Assembly: GCA_038883715.1 (NCBI GenBank)
Contig: JAVZLS010000019.1
Span: 1 to 17,132 of the forward strand
Reading direction: 5' to 3'
Length of the DNA: 17,132 nucleotides
From: Candidatus Bathyarchaeia archaeon
GTDB lineage: Archaea > Thermoproteota > Bathyarchaeia > Bathyarchaeales > Bathycorpusculaceae
Part shown: piece by piece, positions 7,222 to 15,349 of the stretch
How positions within the stretch are numbered: the first letter of the stretch is position 1
How the letters are laid out: every line of letters starts with the position of its first letter
Program-made: the position numbers and the translations under genes
The notes under the pieces: generated by a model
What the model saw: only the letters and a program-made list of their open reading frames with translations
Databases searched by the model: none
Told to the model about the DNA's origin: nothing

Positions 7222-9021
7222 ATGACGCGTGTGGCAGTGTTAGACTCTGATAAGTGCAAGCCTAAGCGTTGTGGAAAACAGTGCCAACGCTTTTGCCCAA
7301 TGGTGAGGAGCCACGTTGAGGCAATCCGCTTCGAAGACACAAGGCCACTGATTGTTGAGGCTCTCTGCTCCGGTTGTGGAATATGCGTCAAAAAATGCCC
7401 GTTCAGCGCCATATCAATAGTGAACCTTCCAGACGAGCTGGAAAAGGAGTGCAGCCACAGGTTCGGACCAAACACCTTCAAGCTTTATAGGCTTCCCACT
7501 CCGTCACCAGGCACTGTTCTGGGGCTTCTTGGGAAAAATGGAATTGGAAAGACAACAACATTAAAGATTCTTTCCGGCGAGGTTAAGCCAAACCTTGGAA
7601 ATTATGAGAATCCGCCCAGCTGGAGCGAAATTATAAGATATTTTAGGGGTTCAGTGCTGCAGGACTATTTCCAGCGGATGAGTGAGGGCAAACTTAAAGT
7701 TGTGCATAAGCCCCAATATGTTGACAAGATTGCAAGAGCCGTTTCAGGAAGGGTTGGCGAGCTTCTCAGAAAAGTGGATGAGCGGGGCGTTCTTGAAAAT
7801 GTTGCTGAAAGACTTGAGTTGAAAACCATCTGGGATAGACCCATCGAAGCTCTAAGCGGCGGCGAACTGCAGAGGGTGGCTGTAGCCGCCGCGATATGCA
7901 GGGAAGCCGACGTTTACCTTTTCGACGAGCCCTCCAGCTATCTTGACGTGAAACAAAGGCTTGAGGTTGCCAGAGCCATAAGAAGCCTAAAAAATGAGGG
8001 AAAAATTGTCGTTGTAGCCGAACACGACCTTGCAATAATCGACTACCTCTCAGACCAAATATGCATATTCTACGGCGAGGCTGGCGTTTACGGAATAGTT
8101 TCCCACGTGCACGGCGTTAGGACGGGCATAAACATTTACCTTCAAGGCTATATTCCAGATGAAAATATCCGCTTCAGAAAAGAAGCAATAGTATTTCATG
8201 AAAAACCACCGACCATAAGCTTCGGAGCTGGAGAAACCCTCCTAAAATGGGATAGATTGGAAAAGACCTATGAAGGCTTCAAACTCGTCGCCCAGCCAGG
8301 AGAAATCAGAAAGGGCGAGATAATAGGGATTCTTGGACCAAACGGCATTGGAAAAACAACCTTTGTAAAAATATTGGCTGGCTTGGAGAAAACTGACGAT
8401 GGGAAAGAATTCAAAGAGCTAACAGTAAGCTACAAGCCACAATACATTTCTGCTGAATACGAGGGCACAGTGCAGGAACTTTTAACAAGTATAGCGAAGG
8501 AAGACTTCACATCGGGCTGGTACAAGGCTGAAATCCTCCAGCCTCTTGGAATTACGCCGCTTTTGGAGAGAAACATAGCCGAGCTAAGCGGCGGCGAACT
8601 TCAGAAGGTTGCCATAGCCGCATGCCTATCCAGAAAGGCTGAACTTTATCTTCTAGACGAGCCAAGCGCCTACTTGGACGTTGAGGAGAGGCTTAACATG
8701 GCGAGGACCATACGCCGAGTAATAGAGGCTAGAAACGCCACAGCCTTCGTTGTTGAACATGACGTTGTTGCCCAAGACTTTATTGCAGACCGTTTAATGG
8801 TTTTCACGGGCGAACCGGGAATAAGGGGCGTAGCCAACCCGCCCACAAGCCTAAGGGATGGGATGAACACTTTCCTAAGAGAGATGAATGTAACCTTCAG
8901 AAGAGACCCGGTCACGAAGAGACCCCGGGTCAACAAGGAGGGTTCAAAGCTGGACAAGTATCAGAAGGAGATAGGCGAATACTATTATGTTAGGCATGTA
9001 GCCATAACAGAAGAGGATTAA
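7222..9021 (+). CDS. rli1: Ribosome-recycling ABC ATPase ABCE1/Rli1
   Basis: N-terminal 2x[4Fe-4S] motifs CKPKRCGKQCQRFCP and CSGCGICVKKCP. Two NBDs (GKNGIGKT, GPNGIGKT, LSGGELQ twice, DEPSSYLD/DEPSAYLD). C-terminal FRRDP...RPRVNK. Confidence 0.98.
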   Translation: MTRVAVLDSDKCKPKRCGKQCQRFCPMVRSHVEAIRFEDTRPLIVEALCSGCGICVKKCPFSAISIVNLPDELEKECSHRFGPNTFKLYRLPTPSPGTVLGLLGKNGIGKTTTLKILSGEVKPNLGNYENPPSWSEIIRYFRGSVLQDYFQRMSEGKLKVVHKPQYVDKIARAVSGRVGELLRKVDERGVLENVAERLELKTIWDRPIEALSGGELQRVAVAAAICREADVYLFDEPSSYLDVKQRLEVARAIRSLKNEGKIVVVAEHDLAIIDYLSDQICIFYGEAGVYGIVSHVHGVRTGINIYLQGYIPDENIRFRKEAIVFHEKPPTISFGAGETLLKWDRLEKTYEGFKLVAQPGEIRKGEIIGILGPNGIGKTTFVKILAGLEKTDDGKEFKELTVSYKPQYISAEYEGTVQELLTSIAKEDFTSGWYKAEILQPLGITPLLERNIAELSGGELQKVAIAACLSRKAELYLLDEPSAYLDVEERLNMARTIRRVIEARNATAFVVEHDVVAQDFIADRLMVFTGEPGIRGVANPPTSLRDGMNTFLREMNVTFRRDPVTKRPRVNKEGSKLDKYQKEIGEYYYVRHVAITEED

Positions 9022-9023
9022 AC

Positions 9024-9446
9024 ATGGTTAAAATTGGTGAGATGGAGCAAGCCCTTTTAAAGGAAGCCTCAAAGGATTTAGCGAACGCCTATGTGCTTTG
9101 GGGTTTCGGTGTTGGCGCGGCGGTTTTGGCTGAGGATGGCAAAATCTACGGCGGCTGCAATGTTGAAAGCTGGATTTCAGGGCTTGGCATATGCGCTGAA
9201 AGAAACGCCATAAACCACGCCATTTTACACGGAAACAAGAGGATTAGGGAAATAGCCGTCGTAGCGGAAGCCAAAAACGCTGATGAAATAAAACCCTGTG
9301 GGGCATGCCTCCAATATATTTCGGATTTCGCCGAAAGCCCCGAAATTAAAATTGTCATGGCAAAAGTTGAAAACGCCCGGGTGCTGTTTGAAACGGTTAA
9401 GGTAAAGCCGCTTAGGGAGCTTCTCCCAGAACCTTTTGAGAAATGA
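9024..9446 (+). CDS. cdd: Cytidine deaminase family protein (three-Cys Zn, homotetrameric type), divergent
   Basis: VGAAV, GCNVE, ICAERNA, KPCGACLQ, ELLPEPF. Confidence 0.82.
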   Translation: MVKIGEMEQALLKEASKDLANAYVLWGFGVGAAVLAEDGKIYGGCNVESWISGLGICAERNAINHAILHGNKRIREIAVVAEAKNADEIKPCGACLQYISDFAESPEIKIVMAKVENARVLFETVKVKPLRELLPEPFEK

Positions 9447-9531
9447 ACTGTTCACATGAAACGGCATAGTTAAATTAATGTGCATGCCGCGTATACATAC
9501 GTTAAAGTGGCTCTGCTGAATGAGGTGACTG

Positions 9532-11070
9532 GTGGAGGCTAGCGTGGCGCAGGTAACCTTCGAAGAGATAAGTGCATCAGATTTCTTCTATAGAAACCGT
9601 GACATAGCGGGATTCACAAACCCAACGAGAGCCATTTTTGCGGCTATCCGTGAACTTGTGGAAAACTCTTTGGATGCTGCTGAAAGTCTCAAAATACCGC
9701 CAGAGATTTATGTTAGGCTTTCTTTTGAGGGCGAGGCGAGCAAGGAAACCCAAATCTACAAGCTGCGTGTTGAGGATAATGGCTGTGGTGTCCCGCCTAG
9801 GCATATTCCTTCAGCTTTTGGGCAGGTGCTTTTCGGTTCAAAGTATAAGCTGAAACAGCAGAGGGGAACCTTCGGCTTAGGCGGTAAAATGGCTATTTTG
9901 TATGGGCAGATAACAACCCACCAGCCAGCCACAATAATTTCCAGCACTGGCATGTCAAGGATTTACATGTACAAGCTTATGATTGACATTCAACGAAACC
10001 GCCCAATAATCCTTGACCGAAAGGTGTTTTTAAACAAGGAGGGCTGGCGCGGCACCATTGTCGAGTTCAGCCTTGAAGGCGACTATTTGAGGGCTATGCC
10101 AAAAATCCTAGAATATTTCAAGCAGACGGCTATGGTGAACCCCTACGCCAACCTCACCTTCGTAGATCCGAAAGGCAGACTCTACAAGTTTACTAGGGCA
10201 ACCACAGTTATGCCGGACCCGCCAAAAGAGACTTTACCCCACCCATACGGCGTTGATGTGGAGCTTCTCCAGCGCCTCATACAAGTTACGCTCTACAACA
10301 ACATGCTCGAGTTTCTGAAAAACCACTTCCATCGTGTGGGCGAAATAACAGCCAGAAAGTTCCTAGAGTTCAGTGGCATAAGCCCATCTAAAAACCCGAA
10401 GAAGCTATCCCACGAGGAAATTGTCCGGCTTATGCATATGCTGAAAAAGTTTAAGGAGTTTCTCCCGCCAGACGCCAGTTGCCTCTCCCCACTAGGTGAG
10501 GAACTGCTAAAAACAGGCGTTTTAAAAGAGCTTAAACCAGAGTTTGTGGCGGTTCACCAGCGGAAGCCCGCTACTTATGCTGGACACCCCTTCATTGTTG
10601 AGGTTGCAATAGCCTATGGCGGGGAAATTCCACAGAAAGGCGGCTTCCTAATATACCGCTTCGCAAATAGGATTCCACTTCTTTATGATGAGGCAAGTGA
10701 CGTTTCAGTCAAGGTTATAAATGAAATGAACTGGCGACGCTATAAGGTTTCGCCGGACATGCCCATAGCCATAGTTGTCCACATATGCAGCACAAAAGTC
10801 CCCTACAAAACTGTCGGAAAAGAGTTTATAGCCGACAGACCGGAAGTCCGGCGGGAGATAGCCAACGGCTTAAGGGAAGTAGCACGCCAACTCCAGCGTT
10901 TCTTAACACGAAGAGAGCACGTGGATAGAGAGCGCAAACGTCTAGGAGTTTTCAGCAAATACTTGCCAAAAATTGCCGAGTTCTCCACAAAACTTGCCGG
11001 CAAGAAGAAGCCTCCAGATATTGAGAAGCTTTTAAGGAGTGTGAGAAGGTTTGGAGTCGAGGGAATTTAG
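9532..11070 (+). CDS. top6B: DNA topoisomerase VI subunit B
   Basis: GHKL motifs ELVENSLDA, EDNGCG, RGTFGLG; RFANRIPL; KVPYKTVGKE. GAGGTGA RBS at 9522-9528 before GTG. Confidence 0.98.
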   Translation: MEASVAQVTFEEISASDFFYRNRDIAGFTNPTRAIFAAIRELVENSLDAAESLKIPPEIYVRLSFEGEASKETQIYKLRVEDNGCGVPPRHIPSAFGQVLFGSKYKLKQQRGTFGLGGKMAILYGQITTHQPATIISSTGMSRIYMYKLMIDIQRNRPIILDRKVFLNKEGWRGTIVEFSLEGDYLRAMPKILEYFKQTAMVNPYANLTFVDPKGRLYKFTRATTVMPDPPKETLPHPYGVDVELLQRLIQVTLYNNMLEFLKNHFHRVGEITARKFLEFSGISPSKNPKKLSHEEIVRLMHMLKKFKEFLPPDASCLSPLGEELLKTGVLKELKPEFVAVHQRKPATYAGHPFIVEVAIAYGGEIPQKGGFLIYRFANRIPLLYDEASDVSVKVINEMNWRRYKVSPDMPIAIVVHICSTKVPYKTVGKEFIADRPEVRREIANGLREVARQLQRFLTRREHVDRERKRLGVFSKYLPKIAEFSTKLAGKKKPPDIEKLLRSVRRFGVEGI

Positions 11071-12142
11071 AAGCATAATGGAAAGGCGAAAAGAAGTTTT
11101 AACAAGTCTTGAAAATTTTGGATTGAAAATTTATGAGCAGATTGATAGGGGATATTTCCCGTTTATTGAGATGCCGAGCCGCTCCACAGAAAACATTTAC
11201 TACGACCCAAAGTTTAGGCAGTTCATTTTAGGTGATAAACGTGTTAGGCGTAGTACCCGCAACATCCGCCACTTGAAACCCTTCGCCCAGCTGGTTTGGA
11301 CGGCGCTTTTCTCCTATGAACTTACAAGCCAACGTAAGACATCCACCCTAAGAGACGTTTACTATTCGGCGCAAGCCTACGAAATGACCTTCAAAGACCA
11401 GCAAGAATCCAACAACATAATAACCGACTTGGAAACGGTTTTGGGCTTCTCACGAGAAGACTTTAATATCTTCCCAGAAGAGCGTTCAGCTGTCTTCGGA
11501 GACCTAACAATACGCTATACAGTACCGGGCTACGAGGGAAAAACCCTAAACTTGACTTCCCACCCAGACGGTGTCATGATTGGACCAGCCCTAACCTCCG
11601 CGGAGTTTGTCGAAACCACAGCCGACAAAGTGATAGCCATAGAGAAGGGCGGCTTGTTCACCCGCTTTATTGAGGAGAATGTGCATAAAAAGTTCAACGC
11701 CCTGCTGGTGCTTACGGCTGGACAAGCGCCAAGGGCAACCCGCCATTTTATTAGGCGACTAAATCGCGAACTCGGCTTGCCAGTCTACATTTTCACGGAC
11801 GGCGACCCGTGGGGAATGCACATAGCCATGGTCATAATTTCCGGTTCGGCGAATGCCGCCCACCTAAGAGATTTGACAACCCCGGATGCCAAATGGAGCG
11901 GCGTTTGGGCAACAGACATTGTCAAATATAAGCTGCCAACAGACCCGCTGGACGAGATTGACATGAAGAGGCTGTATGAACTTCAGAAAGACCCAAGATA
12001 TAAGGAAGACCCCCTATGGCAAAGGGAAATAAAAACTTTCATGAAGATTAAGCGCAAGGCTGAGCAGGAGGCTTTCAGCAGATATGGGCTAACCTACATT
12101 GTGGACGAGTACTTGCCAGCAAAACTCGAAGAGACAAAATAG
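11051..12142 (+). CDS. top6A: DNA topoisomerase VI subunit A
   Basis: STLRDVYY (catalytic Tyr), IEK, and TOPRIM DGDPWG; KAEQEA. Overlaps top6B. Alternative start ATG 11078. Confidence 0.97.
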   Translation: MESREFRSIMERRKEVLTSLENFGLKIYEQIDRGYFPFIEMPSRSTENIYYDPKFRQFILGDKRVRRSTRNIRHLKPFAQLVWTALFSYELTSQRKTSTLRDVYYSAQAYEMTFKDQQESNNIITDLETVLGFSREDFNIFPEERSAVFGDLTIRYTVPGYEGKTLNLTSHPDGVMIGPALTSAEFVETTADKVIAIEKGGLFTRFIEENVHKKFNALLVLTAGQAPRATRHFIRRLNRELGLPVYIFTDGDPWGMHIAMVIISGSANAAHLRDLTTPDAKWSGVWATDIVKYKLPTDPLDEIDMKRLYELQKDPRYKEDPLWQREIKTFMKIKRKAEQEAFSRYGLTYIVDEYLPAKLEETK

Positions 12143-12156
12143 CCCTTATAAAAGGG
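12143..12156 (+). promoter_or_regulatory. TATA-like element inside the inverted repeat CCCTT-ATAA-AAGGG
   Basis: Directly after the top6A stop and upstream of the 65-aa membrane protein gene. Confidence 0.45.
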
Positions 12157-12221
12157 AAATTTAAAATAACACTCAATGCTTTATGTAGAAGGACACTGCA
12201 AACCTTTAGAGGCTGAAAAGT

Positions 12222-12419
12222 ATGAGCGAAGAAGGCGGCTTCGGAATAACAGCTGCAGAAAAATTCTTTGGGCTAATTCTAGTGATTGTTGGCGCTTTGG
12301 CTACACACTTCACTTTAACAAGCAGCAGCACGCTGGGCGTTTACACGTGGTTTTTTGGCTTTTTAGCCATAATTCTACTTGCACTTGGAGTTTTCCTCAT
12401 AATCGCCAAGGCTGAGTAG
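12222..12419 (+). CDS. Small two-TM membrane protein, unknown function
   Basis: Two hydrophobic stretches (FFGLILVIVGALA; WFFGFLAIILLALGVFLII), GAGG upstream, and it fills the top6A-infB gap. Confidence 0.75.
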   Translation: MSEEGGFGITAAEKFFGLILVIVGALATHFTLTSSSTLGVYTWFFGFLAIILLALGVFLIIAKAE

Positions 12420-12508
12420 CATCGCCTTTAACAGCATTTATTATAAAGGGATAATTTTATTAGTTTGTTGGATGGTTGCAGTCTGTTATCTGCCCAGGGA
12501 AGACTGCC

Positions 12509-14290
12509 ATGTCGCTTCGTCAGCCTATCGTCTGTGTTCTTGGTCATGTGGATACTGGTAAGACTCTTCTTTTAGATAAGATTCGCAAGACAAGTGTTCA
12601 AGCTCGCGAAGTTGGAGGTATGACACAGCATATTGGCGCCAGCTTCTTTCCAGTTGAAACCCTAAAACAAATGATTGGTCCATTGCTTTCGACTATTAAG
12701 GGCGAGATTGAGATCCCGGGATTGCTGGTTATTGACACGCCGGGGCATGAGGCTTTTACGAATTTGCGGAAACGCGGTGGCAGCGTAGCTGACATCGCTA
12801 TTCTCGTCATTGACGTGCTTCGGGGTTTTGAGGCTCAAACTTATGAGTGTATTGAGATTTTGAAGGCTCGGAAGACGCCATTTCTTGTGGCTGCCAACAA
12901 GATTGACCGCATTCCAGGCTGGAATTCTTATCCTGACACGCCTTTTTTGAAGGCTTATCAGCTTCAGGACAAGTATGTGCAGGAGGATTTGGACAACCGC
13001 CTCTACGAGATTATTGGCACTTTTTCGCGTTTAGGTTTTAGGGCTGACCGTTTCGACCGAATAAAGGACTTCACAAGAACAGTGGCTATTGTTCCTACAA
13101 GCGCCAAGACTGGCGAGGGCATAACAGAGCTTTTGGCTGTTCTTGTGGGCTTGACACAGCAGTACCTTAAGAAGCGTTTACAAACCACTGTTGGACCAGC
13201 CAAAGGCACGGTTCTCGAAGTTAAAGAGGAGCCTGGGCTTGGCTTGACGCTTAACACAATAATTTATGATGGGACACTGCGGAAGGACGACTTGATAGTT
13301 GTTGGCGGTAAGGAGAAGCCCATAACAACGCGGGTTAGAGCCATCCTAGTGCCAAAGCCACTAGACGAAATTAGGGACCCAAGGGACAAATTCTCTTCAG
13401 TGGATTCTGTTTCCGCAGCCGCCGGAGTGAAGATTGTTGCCCCAGACTTAGAAGGCGCCTTGGCTGGCGCGCCCTTGTATGCTGTTGGGGACGGCGAAGA
13501 CCCTGAAAAGTATGTTAGGCTTGTCTCCGAAGAAATTGAGAGGATTAGGATTACAACGGATGTGGATGGCGTTGTTTTGAAGGCTGACACGCTTGGCTCT
13601 TTGGAGGCTATAGCCGAAAACCTTAGGCGGAACGGTGTGCCCATCCGTTTGGCAGACGTTGGCGACGTTTCAAAACGGGACGTTACAGAGGCTGCTATTG
13701 TGAAGGAGCATGAGCCCTTCTACGGCGTCATTTTAGCTTTCAACGTTAAAGTTTTGCCAGACGCCGATGAAGAAGCAAAAAACATTGGCGTCCAAATCTT
13801 TAAGGAAAAAATAATCTATCACTTGATAGACAACTATATTTCTTGGCTTAAAACCCAAAGAGAAGCCAAAATTGAAGCCGAATTCGAAAAAATGGTCAAG
13901 CCAGGCAAAATCCAGATTTTAGAGGGCTATGTTTTCAGAAGAGCCAAACCAGCCATAGTGGGCGTTGAAGTCTTGGCTGGAAGAATAAAGCCAAAAACAA
14001 GCCTAATAAGGGCTGAAGACGGCGAAGAAGTGGGCGAAATACAACAAATCCAAGAGAAGGGCAAAGCCCTACCAGAGGCTAGGCAGGGTATGCAGGTAGC
14101 CATAAGCCTAGACAAGCCCGTGATTGGAAGGCACATATTCGAAAAGGACATTTTATACGTGAAAGTGCCAGAACAACACGCCAAAGCACTGCTGAAAAAC
14201 TTTATGGACAAGCTAACTCCGGACGAGCAGGAAGCCCTAAACGAGTACATCAACCTAATGCGAAAGAAAATACCCTTCTGGGCAGCATAG
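12509..14290 (+). CDS. infB: Archaeal translation initiation factor aIF5B (IF-2)
   Basis: LRQPIVCVLGHVDTGKT, TQHIGA, DTPGHEAF, NKID, SAKTGEG, KADTLGSLEA. ATG 12509 preferred over TTG 12476. TATA-like TTATAAA at 12441. No intein. Confidence 0.98.
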   Translation: MSLRQPIVCVLGHVDTGKTLLLDKIRKTSVQAREVGGMTQHIGASFFPVETLKQMIGPLLSTIKGEIEIPGLLVIDTPGHEAFTNLRKRGGSVADIAILVIDVLRGFEAQTYECIEILKARKTPFLVAANKIDRIPGWNSYPDTPFLKAYQLQDKYVQEDLDNRLYEIIGTFSRLGFRADRFDRIKDFTRTVAIVPTSAKTGEGITELLAVLVGLTQQYLKKRLQTTVGPAKGTVLEVKEEPGLGLTLNTIIYDGTLRKDDLIVVGGKEKPITTRVRAILVPKPLDEIRDPRDKFSSVDSVSAAAGVKIVAPDLEGALAGAPLYAVGDGEDPEKYVRLVSEEIERIRITTDVDGVVLKADTLGSLEAIAENLRRNGVPIRLADVGDVSKRDVTEAAIVKEHEPFYGVILAFNVKVLPDADEEAKNIGVQIFKEKIIYHLIDNYISWLKTQREAKIEAEFEKMVKPGKIQILEGYVFRRAKPAIVGVEVLAGRIKPKTSLIRAEDGEEVGEIQQIQEKGKALPEARQGMQVAISLDKPVIGRHIFEKDILYVKVPEQHAKALLKNFMDKLTPDEQEALNEYINLMRKKIPFWAA

Positions 14291-14297
14291 CATGAAG

Positions 14298-14307
14298 CTT
14301 ATAAAAG
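14298..14307 (+). promoter_or_regulatory. TATA-like element CTTATAAAAG upstream of the radical SAM/TcmP cassette
   Basis: Identical 10-mer to 12145-12154; about 45 nt upstream of ATG 14350. Confidence 0.45.
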
Positions 14308-14349
14308 TATATCATAGTTTTAAGTTCTAATAGTGGAGAAAAACAAGTA

Positions 14350-15348
14350 ATGTGCTTTAAATTGGTTACGAAAACTGGACCAACGATATTTTTTGATAAG
14401 TTCCAGAAACTTAATGGGACCGAGGAGATTTTAGTTAAAAAAGTCGGTGATGGTTCAATTATAGAAAGATTTGCGAAAATTCCAGTTCCGCGTTCTCCTA
14501 CGGATATTGTCTGCCCGACCTTCCTAGAACTCAGATGGGCGTACGGGTGTCCCTTTCACTGTTCCTACTGTTATCTTCAAGGGACACTACGCTTCTTGCC
14601 AACAGAAAAGCAACCGCGTTCTAAACCTGATAGTAAAGTTAAGCTTCATCTGATGACATTTTTGGCAAATGTAGCTAGTAACATGAGAGAAATCCTGAAC
14701 TCTGGAGAGTTAGCAGATTCATTAATGTTCGAGGGAACCAAAAAGGCTCTATCTCAAGTTGTTTTACCACTATTTGTAGATCGCAATCCCTACGGGCACA
14801 AAGTGTTGATTCTAACAAAGTCTGATAAAATAGACCAATTATTAAATATGGAGGCACAAGAGAGCGTTGTAGCTAGTTTCAGTATAAACACGGGATCTGT
14901 CGCTACTAAATGGGAAAAGGGTACAGCTTTACCTAAAGATAGAATCAATGCAGCATCAAAATTGTTCGAGACTGGTTATGAAGTAAGAATCCGCATTGAC
15001 CCAATGATACCTTACCCAGAAAACAACTGGAAAATAGAATATTTAGATTTAATTGACGAGATTTTTAGCTTACTAATGCCAGAACGAATAACGATTGGTT
15101 CTCTTAGAGGGTTGCAAACCACCATAAATCATACTAGCGATACCTCGTGGTTAACATATCTGAAGGAAAACTCAAAGTGGGGAAAGAGGCTCTCTACCCG
15201 CACCAGACTTGAAATGTACTCTACCATTATTGAATACTTGAAAAAAAGGTATTACTATGATAAAGTTGCCTTATGCAAAGAACCTGTTTTCATTTGGGAG
15301 AAACTTCATTTAAATTGGAAAAATTGTCGTTGCAACTGTGTGTGGTAA
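14350..15348 (+). CDS. Radical SAM protein, spore photoproduct lyase (SplB)-like family
   Basis: GCPFHCSYCYLQGT (CxxxCxxC at 14548-14571 with YCYL), SGELADS, LTKS, FSIN, RIDPMIP, ITIGSLR, LCKE. Confidence 0.85.
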   Translation: MCFKLVTKTGPTIFFDKFQKLNGTEEILVKKVGDGSIIERFAKIPVPRSPTDIVCPTFLELRWAYGCPFHCSYCYLQGTLRFLPTEKQPRSKPDSKVKLHLMTFLANVASNMREILNSGELADSLMFEGTKKALSQVVLPLFVDRNPYGHKVLILTKSDKIDQLLNMEAQESVVASFSINTGSVATKWEKGTALPKDRINAASKLFETGYEVRIRIDPMIPYPENNWKIEYLDLIDEIFSLLMPERITIGSLRGLQTTINHTSDTSWLTYLKENSKWGKRLSTRTRLEMYSTIIEYLKKRYYYDKVALCKEPVFIWEKLHLNWKNCRCNCVW

Positions 15349-15349
15349 T

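Noticed and set aside
12176-12415. 79-aa alternative-frame ORF
   Set aside because: It overlaps the more protein-like 65-aa two-TM ORF.
14350-15348. Calling the gene splB (true spore photoproduct lyase)
   Set aside because: The catalytic Cys equivalent appears absent and the context is a TcmP pair.
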